Shown: positions 39,779 to 48,826 of the stretch, piece by piece
Numbering within the stretch: position 1 is the first letter of the stretch
Layout of the letters: every line of letters begins with the position of its first letter
DNA from: an uncultured bacterium
GTDB taxonomy: Bacteria; Patescibacteriota; Minisyncoccia; Phycocordibacterales; PALSA-1337
Assembly (NCBI GenBank): GCA_903872035.1
Contig: CAIQIZ010000011.1
Coordinates: 1 to 54,024, forward strand
Direction: 5' to 3'
Length of the DNA stretch: 54,024 nt
The notes under the pieces: model-generated
What the model was told of the DNA's origin: nothing
Databases searched by the model: none
Seen by the model: only the letters and a program-made list of their open reading frames with translations
Translations under genes and position numbers: made by a program

Positions 39779-41086
39779 ATGAGACCTGGCCGAATAACCC
39801 TTTTTACCATCGACTCCCTGAGCATCACCCTGGCTTTCCTAGCCTCCCTGTTCATTCGCCAATCATCGGTTATCACATCTCATTTTGGTTACATTCATTA
39901 TGGCACGACTATCTATTTGTGGTCATTTATAGTCGCAGCTTTGCTTCTTTCTACTGTCTTTGGAGCCTTCAAGCTATATCAGGTCAGAACCATTGAGATT
40001 TCTGCCAGAATATTCACGGTATTGAAATCGCTGGTCGTTTGGACGCTCCTCATCACCTTGCTAGTGTATATCTTGAAATTCGATTTCTCCCGTGCAGTGC
40101 TATTCATGACGGTAATCTTAACAGCCATACTTATCTGCTTTGGAAGGTTCGCTTACTTCAAATATCGCCTGAACAAGAAAGCGGATGACGACACTGACGT
40201 TCACATCATCGGAACACGCGGACGCGCTCAGGATATCGAAAAGCAACTGAAGAATAGCCTACCAAATCTCTCTGTCATACATTTTGATTTTCAGAATCCC
40301 AAATCACGCGCACATTTGGCCGCAATGGAAAGCCGGGATATTTTTATCGCGGATGAGCACCTGACTCGACAGCAAGTGATGGAAATCCTGGCTGACGACA
40401 GTTTCAATCATCACAGCTTCCGGGTCATCTTGGACACTTTTAGGTTGGCGACTGGCGAAGTTCGACTGAACGATCTTGATGAGATACCTTCAATCTCTCC
40501 CAATTGCCAGCCAAATACAGTCTATTTGATCGCAAAGCGTCTATTAGACATCACGATCTCTGGACTCGGTATCATCGCCGTCTCCCCTCTTTGGTTGACG
40601 ATCGGAGCCATCATCAAAATCGATTCCAATGGACCAGTCTTCATAAAGCAGATCCGCATGGGCTCGAATGCAAAGCCCTTTACGCTCATAAAATTCCGAA
40701 CCATGCATTGCGATACGACGCTCTATGAATATTCGCCAAATAATGGAGACGACCCTAGGATAACCAGGAGTGGCCGTCTCTTACGCCGTTTCAGCCTGGA
40801 TGAACTGCCTCAATTGTGGAACATCCTCAAAGGCGACATGAGCCTAGTCGGCCCACGGCCGGAGATGGAATTCATCGTCAAAAGCTACCAGCCTTGGCAA
40901 CAGATCCGCCTCAAAGCTAAACCTGGTTTGACTGGTCTGTGGCAAATCCTCGGACGCAAAGATATTCCGTTACACAAGAACTTGGAATATGATTTCTACT
41001 ACATTTGTAATCGTAATTTCCTCCTTGATTCAGTAATCATGCTGAAGACTATTCCGGCAGTGCTATTTGGTAGAGGTGCTTACTAG
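39779..41086 (+). CDS. Polyprenyl-phosphate sugar phosphotransferase (WcaJ/WbaP-like initiating transferase)
   Basis: KRLLD, KFRTM, DPRIT, SLDELPQLWNILKGDMSLVGPRP, KPGLTGLWQ. Confidence 0.93.
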   Translation: MRPGRITLFTIDSLSITLAFLASLFIRQSSVITSHFGYIHYGTTIYLWSFIVAALLLSTVFGAFKLYQVRTIEISARIFTVLKSLVVWTLLITLLVYILKFDFSRAVLFMTVILTAILICFGRFAYFKYRLNKKADDDTDVHIIGTRGRAQDIEKQLKNSLPNLSVIHFDFQNPKSRAHLAAMESRDIFIADEHLTRQQVMEILADDSFNHHSFRVILDTFRLATGEVRLNDLDEIPSISPNCQPNTVYLIAKRLLDITISGLGIIAVSPLWLTIGAIIKIDSNGPVFIKQIRMGSNAKPFTLIKFRTMHCDTTLYEYSPNNGDDPRITRSGRLLRRFSLDELPQLWNILKGDMSLVGPRPEMEFIVKSYQPWQQIRLKAKPGLTGLWQILGRKDIPLHKNLEYDFYYICNRNFLLDSVIMLKTIPAVLFGRGAY

Positions 41087-41194
41087 ACCACGGCGAAGGA
41101 GACATCCGAGACAATATGAAGGAAGGATACTGCTGCGCGCATTTACATGGCGGGAATCTGAATATTGTCGAGGAGGTGCTCATTCGCCGTGGTC
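41086..41194. repeat. ~109-bp palindromic intergenic element between convergent genes
   Basis: GACCACGGCGAA (41086-41097) / TTCGCCGTGGTC (41183-41194) perfect; inner GACAATAT / ATATTGTC pair. Confidence 0.75.
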
Positions 41195-43076
41195 ATCGAA
41201 TCCCCGCAATCTTAACTTTCAAATCATTGAGTTTTTTCAGATTCGCGCTCATAGTAGCCGAATTCGGATCTGAAGAATACCAGAGAACGGATTGGTAATG
41301 TGTATAAATAGGTGAAACCTTATCAATTAGAGCGATGGCTGCCTGGTATTTCTTGTTTGCATAGTAGAAGTTCGCCAATTTCACCTCATTAGTCAGATCC
41401 GATGCTGGAAAGTATTGTATTGCTTTCAATAAATGTCCTTCATAACCTGAATAATCCTTTTCCGCTTCATCTGTTGTTGCTAAGGCCGAATAATATGTCC
41501 CGCTTTGAGGAAATAGAGATATGGCTTTTTCTATAGATATCCTAGCTGCTTTGTAATCACCCAGATCATAAGACGCTCCCCACAAATAATACTGCGTCAG
41601 CGGATCATAAGGATTCAGTTTAACTGATTCATTATAGTCGTCGATAGCGAGAACAGTATTGATTGTGTCTTTTGAGCTATGTTTAATAGATAAGTCATAA
41701 TCCCCGATAGCCCTGGCGCTAGTGGCCCTAAAGATTTGGAGCGTAACGAGGCAGGCGACAATTAGCACGACAATGTAGGCGTAGTTAATCCAAGCAGGTA
41801 ATGGCTTCGCTATTTGACGTTTAAATTCCGGATATTCCTGAATAACGCCATACAAAGCACCGGCGAAGCAAAAAAATACCAATAGAACTAGATTGTAACT
41901 CCAATCAAAGTCCATAAGTCCGTGAACTGTGCTGGCAATCAGACCAGTAAATATCGATACGAATAACCAAGAATTACAAGAGGGTTCCGATATTAAGCGG
42001 CCCTTTATCAGCTTCCATATCTCCCAAAAGTAAGACCCGAGGAAGATTACGAACAAAAGCGCAGCGAATATCCCGTCCTCTACCATCATTCTTAATAGCC
42101 AATTGTGAGGATCGGCGAATGATCCGTAGTTTGGGTCCGTCTTGAAGATCCGTAATGCAGACGCATAATTTCCGGAACCAAAGCCGATCAAGGGATTATG
42201 AGTGAATGTCCGCAACGCGTCAGCAAAATAATGCAAACGAGCGGTAAAAGCGTTATTGTCGCTGTCTTCGTTAGAAAACACAATTGTATTGGCTGAGTGC
42301 ACGAGATTGCTGGCAACCGTGTTGTGTCTGGCCGCCAACCAAATACCGCCGGTCATTAACACGGTCGACGCGATCAAAACACCCGATACAAAAAGCGGCT
42401 TTTTGAAATTCCAACCGCCAGCTTTCGCGAGACTGACGAGACTTTTCCTAAACAATACCAAAGAGATTATCACCGCTGCAACCAATGATAACCACGTGCC
42501 TCTCGAAAAGGTCAAAATGATACTTGAAAATATTATGACGCTTGAAATAATCCACAATATCCTTTGCCAAATAGGGCTTCCCTTAAAAGAAAAATATAAA
42601 CTCAAGAGAAGTGGGATCAAAAGGAATCCGCCATAGACGTTATGATTCCCTACTATTCCATCTAGTCTATTGTAAGCAGTCAGACCTATCTGAATAAACG
42701 CCAGGATTGACATGACACCAAATATCGCTGTTAAAGCGACAAATATACCTGAAATCCATTTGAGTATTCGCTCATCACGAACTATTCCTTGAAATGAAAG
42801 GAAAATGCCTAGATATACGATCCACCAGATAACAGCCTGAACAGAGTGAATTGGTAATAATGAAAACGGAATCAGCACGATAAGCGCAGCCACAAAGACA
42901 AGAAAAGCCTTATTAGGCCACGTTCTTACTGCTGGTACGCCCCAACGACTAAAGATCATAAAACTTAGAAGGACCAGTGTAAGCGCAACAAGAGTTGAGT
43001 AATTAGTAAACGACCCGCTTAATAGGAATGGCGTTGCCAGGACCAAAGATATGAGTACACATATGAACTTTTTCAT
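41193..43076 (-). CDS. O-antigen ligase / O-oligosaccharyltransferase-like (Wzy_C) protein with C-terminal TPRs
   Basis: RLDGIVGNHN, LTFSRGTW, TARLHY, PLIGFGSGNY, DPHNWLL...EDG, HGLMDF, then TPR-like helices. Confidence 0.85.
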   Translation of the reverse strand: MKKFICVLISLVLATPFLLSGSFTNYSTLVALTLVLLSFMIFSRWGVPAVRTWPNKAFLVFVAALIVLIPFSLLPIHSVQAVIWWIVYLGIFLSFQGIVRDERILKWISGIFVALTAIFGVMSILAFIQIGLTAYNRLDGIVGNHNVYGGFLLIPLLLSLYFSFKGSPIWQRILWIISSVIIFSSIILTFSRGTWLSLVAAVIISLVLFRKSLVSLAKAGGWNFKKPLFVSGVLIASTVLMTGGIWLAARHNTVASNLVHSANTIVFSNEDSDNNAFTARLHYFADALRTFTHNPLIGFGSGNYASALRIFKTDPNYGSFADPHNWLLRMMVEDGIFAALLFVIFLGSYFWEIWKLIKGRLISEPSCNSWLFVSIFTGLIASTVHGLMDFDWSYNLVLLVFFCFAGALYGVIQEYPEFKRQIAKPLPAWINYAYIVVLIVACLVTLQIFRATSARAIGDYDLSIKHSSKDTINTVLAIDDYNESVKLNPYDPLTQYYLWGASYDLGDYKAARISIEKAISLFPQSGTYYSALATTDEAEKDYSGYEGHLLKAIQYFPASDLTNEVKLANFYYANKKYQAAIALIDKVSPIYTHYQSVLWYSSDPNSATMSANLKKLNDLKVKIAGIR

Positions 43077-43159
43077 GTATAGACAGTATAGCGTCAAGCG
43101 AGGGTGCGTGACAACTCATCATATGAGCGAAGCGATTATAGCATTGATTGGCATATAGC

Positions 43160-43188
43160 AAACCGCCCACCAAATGGTGGGCGGTTTT
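43160..43188. terminator. Stem-loop/terminator downstream of the pilin gene
   Basis: AAACCGCCCACCA-aa-TGGTGGGCGGTTT, perfect 13-bp stem. Confidence 0.75.
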
Positions 43189-43210
43189 CAAACTCCTCAT
43201 TCTTTTACCA

Positions 43211-43678
43211 TTATTGACACGTATTTGCTAAGTGATTAATCGTAGACTGTTCTGTATTTCCAGCTGAATCAATACAGAAATATGTTCCATTATTAGTACT
43301 CGGTAATGAACCATATATAGCATAGGCTGTTACGGGTGTCGCGCCACCAGTTACAACATAAAATGCTGTGCTGCCGTTACTATTAGCGTCGTCCCACAAT
43401 TGTTTGGCGACCGCACTACCAGCATAATTTATTCCGTTTTTGGTTGTCTGACCGTTTATATTAGCAACAATAGGCGACCCAGTTGTGTCATATTGGGCAC
43501 CATTGTATTTAGATTCCGCTTCAGTCCTAAACTGCTGAACATCCGAAATAACTCTGGTATCATTACCCTTCTTTCTGGCACTCTGCAATGAGACCAAGAC
43601 CACTGATGCCAAGATACCGATGATGGCGATGACGACTAGCAATTCGATAAGAGTGAAACCTCTTGTGTACTTTTTCAT
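43211..43678 (-). CDS. Type IV pilin, likely the major pilin
   Basis: TRG|FTLIELLVVIAIIGILASVVL, C-terminal FCIDS...C; own promoter and downstream stem-loop. Confidence 0.9.
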   Translation of the reverse strand: MKKYTRGFTLIELLVVIAIIGILASVVLVSLQSARKKGNDTRVISDVQQFRTEAESKYNGAQYDTTGSPIVANINGQTTKNGINYAGSAVAKQLWDDANSNGSTAFYVVTGGATPVTAYAIYGSLPSTNNGTYFCIDSAGNTEQSTINHLANTCQ

Positions 43679-43744
43679 ATTATGAAATTAATAATAATTA
43701 TTAAGCTAATAACGAACCTTTATAAGTGAAGGTTGTTCCGAGTA

Positions 43745-43791
43745 ATTATAGCACTGATTGGCGTACGGCAAGATGATGGTGCTGTGGATAA
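43745..43791 (-). promoter_or_regulatory. Pilin promoter: extended -10 TGCTATAAT with an upstream TTATCCACA box
   Basis: attatagca at 43745-43753 and tgtggataa at 43783-43791 on the plus strand. Confidence 0.6.
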
Positions 43792-43813
43792 GTCATTTAA
43801 CAACTTCTCGGCT

Positions 43814-45025
43814 CTACTGCGCGCCGGCAATGTTATAGATAGGCACCAGAACTGAAGCCAAAAGAATGGCTACACCACCGCCCAACATAACGATCATGAT
43901 CGGTTCAATAAGGGACACCAACGAATCGACCGCCGTGGAAACTTCCCTTGTATAGAAATGTGCCAAGGTCTTCAGGATGCTACCGACCTCTCCCGTTTCC
44001 TCACCAACCTTGGTCATCTGCACCAAGATTCCAGGAATTTGATCCGGATGATTGGAGAGCGACTCGGATAGCGTCTTACCGCCTTTTACCGACTCCTCGG
44101 CCTCATGCATGATGGCTTCATAGACCTTGTTGTCGATGACGTTGGCGGTCAACTCCAAAGCTCGGACGATAGGTATTCCGGAGATGAGCATAGTATTCAA
44201 GTTGTCAGCCAAACGCGCTAGGTAAAGCTTTCTATAGAGACCTGAGATATAAGGAACACCCAGTTTGAAACGGTCGAAGGCAATAGCTCCGGCTTTCGTT
44301 CGGATGAAGCGGACTACAAAAAATACCACTATGACAAATACCCCTAAAAGGATGAAGCCGTACTTGACCAAGAAGTTACTCATCCCAAGGATAATCGTGG
44401 TGTAAATAGGTATCGGCACATTTGAAGAAGTGATGATACCGCTGATCTTGGGGATGACCATGGTGAACATGAGGATCATAACAGTAAAGAAAGTTACCAC
44501 AACGAAGGCGGGGTATATGAGGGCGCCACGGACTTTAGAAGATAGTTCGTAGGTTCGATCGAGATAATCAGCTAAATATAGGAACGTTTCGTTGAGCTTG
44601 CCTGATTCTTCACCGGCTTTGACCATGTTCACGTAAAAATCGTTGAAAATCTTGGGATGCTTGGCTAGGGCCCCGGAAATAGAGCTGCCACTTTGCAAGT
44701 CGTCAGCGATGATCTGCAACTTGCTGGCCAACAGACGGTTCTCGCTTTCAGCCCCCAAAAGACGGAATACTCTGAGTGCGGAGACCTGGGCTTCAAAAAG
44801 TGTCGAAAGTTGGCGAGACAAGATGACTATATCCTTGGAAGCAACACGGTCAAATAGATTGATGTTACGAGAAAAAATACCGCCTTTTTCGTCGGCCGCA
44901 TGGATACCTGAGAGAACTAGACCGCGGCGTTGCAGAGAAGAAATGGCCACATCGACGTTGACGGCATCTATCGAGCCGATTTTCTTGGCTCCAGTATTAT
45001 CGATAGCTTCGTAGTTAAATAGCAT
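43814..45025 (-). CDS. pilC: Type IV pilus inner-membrane platform protein (T2SS F family)
   Basis: SRQLSTLFEA, MVKAGEESGKL, ALIYPAFV, VGEETG, LIEP. Confidence 0.93.
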   Translation of the reverse strand: MLFNYEAIDNTGAKKIGSIDAVNVDVAISSLQRRGLVLSGIHAADEKGGIFSRNINLFDRVASKDIVILSRQLSTLFEAQVSALRVFRLLGAESENRLLASKLQIIADDLQSGSSISGALAKHPKIFNDFYVNMVKAGEESGKLNETFLYLADYLDRTYELSSKVRGALIYPAFVVVTFFTVMILMFTMVIPKISGIITSSNVPIPIYTTIILGMSNFLVKYGFILLGVFVIVVFFVVRFIRTKAGAIAFDRFKLGVPYISGLYRKLYLARLADNLNTMLISGIPIVRALELTANVIDNKVYEAIMHEAEESVKGGKTLSESLSNHPDQIPGILVQMTKVGEETGEVGSILKTLAHFYTREVSTAVDSLVSLIEPIMIVMLGGGVAILLASVLVPIYNIAGAQ

Positions 45026-45034
45026 TTTATTATT

Positions 45035-45113
45035 AGTTAGAAAGTTAGAAAGTTAGAAAGTTTTGAAAGCATTATACATTATGAACTTGATAAACTTTAT
45101 GAACATTTAAACT
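45035..45113. repeat. Intergenic inverted array of AAAGTT/AACTT 8-9-mers (pilT-pilC)
   Basis: agttagaa-agttagaa-agttagaa-agttttgaaag, then atgaacttg-ataaacttt-atgaacattt-aaact. Confidence 0.75.
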
Positions 45114-46170
45114 AAATCATGCGTTCTAATGTCTTAGGATTAAGCGAATTCATATATGCGGTCTCGACTGTGATCTCTCCTGCTCTGACCAATTCGGCCA
45201 ATGAGCGATTCATATCTATCATTCCCTCTTGTGAGCTGGTCTCTATCACCGAGTTCAATTCATGCGTTCTACGCTCTCGGATCAGATTTGAAACGGCAGT
45301 ATTGCTGATCAAAAGCTCATAAGCTGGGATAAGGCCCCCGGAGATACGTGGTACCAAACGCTGAGAAAAGATACCGGACAGAGAACCAGCCAATTGTATC
45401 CTGATCTGATCTTGCTGGTCGGATGGAAAAGAGTCGATGATACGATCGACCGATTGGGCGGCGTTGTTGGTGTGTAGAGTAGAGAATATCAAATGTCCGG
45501 TCTCGGCAGCGGTCACAGCAGTGCTTATCGTATTATTGTCGCGCATCTCGCCGACCATGGCCACATCAACATCTTCGCGGAACATGGCTATCAAGGCATT
45601 GCTGAAATCCGGCGTATCCATACGGACCTCACGTTGATCGATGACGGACTTCTTGGATTCGAACATATACTCGATCGGGTCCTCAATGGTCAATATGTGC
45701 TCGGTCCTGGTCTGATTGATGACTTCGATGAGCGTTGCTAGTGTCGTGGTCTTGCCTTGACCGATCGGACCTACACAGAGGAAAAATCCTTGCGGCTTCC
45801 TGGTAAAAGTTTCCAAAATCGGTGGCAGATTTAGTTCTGAGAGCGTCCGGATAACTTTGGGAATGAGGCGCAGGGCGATGGAAATCACTCCTTGGTGAAA
45901 AAAGACGTTACCGCGAAAACGGGCATGCGTCAGACTATAGGAAAAGTCCACATCTCGAGCCGTTTGGAGCAAGCTCACGTTGGCCGCAGTAAGGAAAACA
46001 TTCATGAACCCTTTCATATCACCATCAGAAAGAACCGGCTTTTTCATGAGCGGAATCAAGTTGCCTGCGACTCGGATGATCGGATGGCGTCCAATGGACA
46101 AATGCAGATCAGAAGCACCTTCTTTGATTATCAGGTTCACCAACTCTTCGATTTCGTTTTTGTAGTCCAT
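45112..46170 (-). CDS. pilT: Type IV pilus retraction ATPase
   Basis: ASDLHL, GPIGQGKTTT, TIEDPIE, GEMRD, AAETGHL..STLHTN. Confidence 0.93.
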   Translation of the reverse strand: MDYKNEIEELVNLIIKEGASDLHLSIGRHPIIRVAGNLIPLMKKPVLSDGDMKGFMNVFLTAANVSLLQTARDVDFSYSLTHARFRGNVFFHQGVISIALRLIPKVIRTLSELNLPPILETFTRKPQGFFLCVGPIGQGKTTTLATLIEVINQTRTEHILTIEDPIEYMFESKKSVIDQREVRMDTPDFSNALIAMFREDVDVAMVGEMRDNNTISTAVTAAETGHLIFSTLHTNNAAQSVDRIIDSFPSDQQDQIRIQLAGSLSGIFSQRLVPRISGGLIPAYELLISNTAVSNLIRERRTHELNSVIETSSQEGMIDMNRSLAELVRAGEITVETAYMNSLNPKTLERMI

Positions 46171-46176
46171 GATATT

Positions 46177-46246
46177 AGTTATAAAGTTTATAAAGTTAGA
46201 AAGTTTGTAAAGTAATCTTTATGAACTTGATGAACTTTTAAACTTT
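46177..46246. repeat. Intergenic inverted array of AAAGTT/AACTT units (receiver gene-pilT)
   Basis: agttataaagtttataaagttagaaagtttgtaaag, then ctttatgaacttgatgaacttttaaactt. Confidence 0.75.
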
Positions 46247-46633
46247 CTTGCTTTTTGTAATCTTTTCCACTTCCGTTAATACTTCCGACGGGATCGTGGT
46301 TGCTTTGACGATATAACCGTCCACACTGAGCTTTTGCGCCTTAGCGATATCTTCCGACGCGCCCTGGTTGGTAAGCATGATGATAACCGATTTGGAGATA
46401 AGCTTCTCTTTGCGGATTGCGCCGACCATGTCCAGACCATCCAAACCTGGCATGACTATATCGCAGAGGACTATTTCCGGTTCATAGCCATCACGGATGG
46501 TTTTGAGCGCTTCCTCGGTTGAATCTGCTGTCTTAACATCGTAACCAGCCTTGTTGAATTTCAGGGAGTACATGTCCAAAAGGAACTTGTCGTCGTCGAT
46601 AATGAATATTTTTTTACCTGAGTCATTGGCCAT
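46238..46633 (-). CDS. Single-domain response regulator (receiver)
   Basis: IIDDD, LCDIVMPGLDG, MLTN, YIVK. Confidence 0.92.
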   Translation of the reverse strand: MANDSGKKIFIIDDDKFLLDMYSLKFNKAGYDVKTADSTEEALKTIRDGYEPEIVLCDIVMPGLDGLDMVGAIRKEKLISKSVIIMLTNQGASEDIAKAQKLSVDGYIVKATTIPSEVLTEVEKITKSKKV

Positions 46634-46681
46634 ATTGATATTGTATCACATTGCCATATTACGTGGTGTGAATAACAGAAT

Positions 46682-46731
46682 AGTTCATAAAGTCGGACTT
46701 TACAAACTTTCAAACTTGCAACTTTCAAACT
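46682..46731. repeat. Intergenic AAAGT/AACTT array (pilB-receiver gene)
   Basis: agttcataaagt-cgg-actttacaaactttcaaacttgcaactttcaaact. Confidence 0.7.
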
Positions 46732-48469
46732 ACAATTTGTTCACCTCCTCGATTGGTATCCTCTTTTCAAAAGCCTTGACGATAGCGCTTTCTTTGATAG
46801 AAAGCATGCCTTTCTGCCTGCAGATCTTTTGGATCTCTATCTCTGTGGCATTCCGAAGGATAGCCTGTTCGATTTCTTTGTCCATACCGAACATCTCAAA
46901 GACGGCCATGCGACCACGCGTGCCTTTGGGCAGATCTGGAGTAGGTTTGACCTTCATGACCGTATCGGAGAACGGTATCTCCTTCTTGAACTCATCTGGT
47001 AAATCAGCGAAAGAGCGGTCGACGATAGCTTTCAAGCTTCCATCCACAGGGACCTGTTGACCACTACCTGCCGGCAACATACCGACCAATCTTTGAGCTA
47101 CGGCCAAAATAAGGGTCGGAGCGATGAGGTATGGATCTACACCCATGTCGATGAGACGTGGGATGACACCGGCGGCGTTGTTGGTGTGCAGAGTCGAGAA
47201 TACCAAGTGACCGGTCAAAGCAGCTTGTACGGCCAATTGGGCGGTTTCTTTATCACGGATCTCACCGACCATGATGACATCCGGGTCCTGACGCAAAGTG
47301 GTGCGCAATCCGCTACTGAAGTCATAACCTATCTCCGGTCTGACTTGAGACTGGCTAACGCCTTCGATCTGGTACTCGACTGGATCCTCCAAGGACAAGA
47401 CGTTATATATCTCGCGATCTATCTCGCTCAAAAGCGAATACAAAGTGGTCGACTTTCCGGAACCGGTCGGTCCGGTGACAAGGATCATTCCGTAAGGCGC
47501 ATCAATAGCTTTGCGCATCATCTCCTCGTAGCGCGGCGAGAGACCGAGGTCGGTCAATTTACGGATTCCGCTAGCTTGATCAAGGATACGCATTTCAACC
47601 TTTTCCCCATAAAAGGCTGGGAAGGTCGAGACGCGGAAATCTACCCTTCTTCCATCGATCCTGGCAGAAAAACGTCCGTCCTGCGGTTTACGCTTCTCGT
47701 CCAATCGCATATTGGAAAGGATCTTGATACGAGATACGACCTGATTGTGAACGGCCGGCGGCAAGACCAGACTAGTATTCAAAATGCCGTCGACACGGAA
47801 ACGTACACGGACTTTGTCGCGCATATGCTCGATATGCACGTCGGACGCCTGTCCTTCAACGGCATACCGCACGATAGTGGCCACGATCTTGACCACCGGA
47901 GCATCTTCGATGATTAGAGTCTCTTCCTCCCCTCCCTTGCCTTTAGCGCCCTTGGCAGCCGATTTGGCTGGTTCCGGTTTCTTTACAGCTTCGGCTTCCG
48001 TCGAAAGTTCAGTCTCCAATTCTGATAGAGCCTTGGTCACTTCCCCGGTCAAACCTTTGTACATATTGACGACTTTATTGAAATCGTCGAGAGTGATCAG
48101 AAAGATCTTATAAGGGATATTCTTCTTTCCGGCCAAGAAGTTCAGAGCGTCGCGCGCCTCCATGTTATCCGGATCGACGACTCCAACCTCCAACGTGTCA
48201 TCTTTGAGTCCTATCGGTACAAAGCGATAATGTGTTGCAGAATCTTCTGGAATATAATCAAGCACCTCGAAAGGTATGCTGCCTTCGGCAACTGAACGAA
48301 CTGGGATATTTAGAAATTCACCCCGCGCAGCGATGATATCTTCCGGCTTGAGGCCACGAGCCAACAATGCTTCATCTAAGGACACTCCGGCAGCCGTCTG
48401 TTTTCTGACATCACGGATATCGTCGCGACTTATTTGGTTCTTTTGTAGGAGAATGTCGAGGACTGACAT
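46730..48469 (-). CDS. pilB: Type IV pilus assembly ATPase (GspE/PilB)
   Basis: ASDVHIE, RFRVDGIL, PQDGR, GPTGSGKSTT, LRQDPDVIMVGEIRD, STLHTN. Confidence 0.93.
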   Translation of the reverse strand: MSVLDILLQKNQISRDDIRDVRKQTAAGVSLDEALLARGLKPEDIIAARGEFLNIPVRSVAEGSIPFEVLDYIPEDSATHYRFVPIGLKDDTLEVGVVDPDNMEARDALNFLAGKKNIPYKIFLITLDDFNKVVNMYKGLTGEVTKALSELETELSTEAEAVKKPEPAKSAAKGAKGKGGEEETLIIEDAPVVKIVATIVRYAVEGQASDVHIEHMRDKVRVRFRVDGILNTSLVLPPAVHNQVVSRIKILSNMRLDEKRKPQDGRFSARIDGRRVDFRVSTFPAFYGEKVEMRILDQASGIRKLTDLGLSPRYEEMMRKAIDAPYGMILVTGPTGSGKSTTLYSLLSEIDREIYNVLSLEDPVEYQIEGVSQSQVRPEIGYDFSSGLRTTLRQDPDVIMVGEIRDKETAQLAVQAALTGHLVFSTLHTNNAAGVIPRLIDMGVDPYLIAPTLILAVAQRLVGMLPAGSGQQVPVDGSLKAIVDRSFADLPDEFKKEIPFSDTVMKVKPTPDLPKGTRGRMAVFEMFGMDKEIEQAILRNATEIEIQKICRQKGMLSIKESAIVKAFEKRIPIEEVNKL

Positions 48470-48472
48470 AGA

Positions 48473-48814
48473 TTAAGGCGTATTGCCATCGTTCGTGACT
48501 GGAGTTTTGACTCCAGGAATAGGCGCGAATGGATTAGCCCGACCAACATTTTGAGCAGGAACGGGCACACTATAATCTTTTAACGTCACGTAGCCAGTAT
48601 CAGTAAAAAGAGCCGTGTCTATCTTCAATGACTTGATCTGATTTAGGATGGCGGTGACCTGAGCGCTGACATCGGATGTATCACCAGTAGCCTGCAAAAG
48701 ACCGGAAACATTTGAGGTGCTGGTTCCTTGGAAATAGAAGTATGCGCTTGCCGCCAATACGACAACGATGGCGATGATGATATATGGCTTTTTTGATGAT
48801 GCTCGCTGGTTCAT
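48473..48814 (-). CDS. Small membrane-anchored pilus protein (PilP position)
   Basis: N-terminal TM; GRANPFAP motif; between the pilO-like gene and pilB. Confidence 0.65.
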   Translation of the reverse strand: MNQRASSKKPYIIIAIVVVLAASAYFYFQGTSTSNVSGLLQATGDTSDVSAQVTAILNQIKSLKIDTALFTDTGYVTLKDYSVPVPAQNVGRANPFAPIPGVKTPVTNDGNTP

Positions 48815-48826
48815 GATGGTGGTGAT

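Noticed and set aside
46551-48476. Long plus-strand ORFs (169 aa, 286 aa) opposite pilB
   Set aside because: Antisense to a well-conserved gene, with no recognisable motifs.
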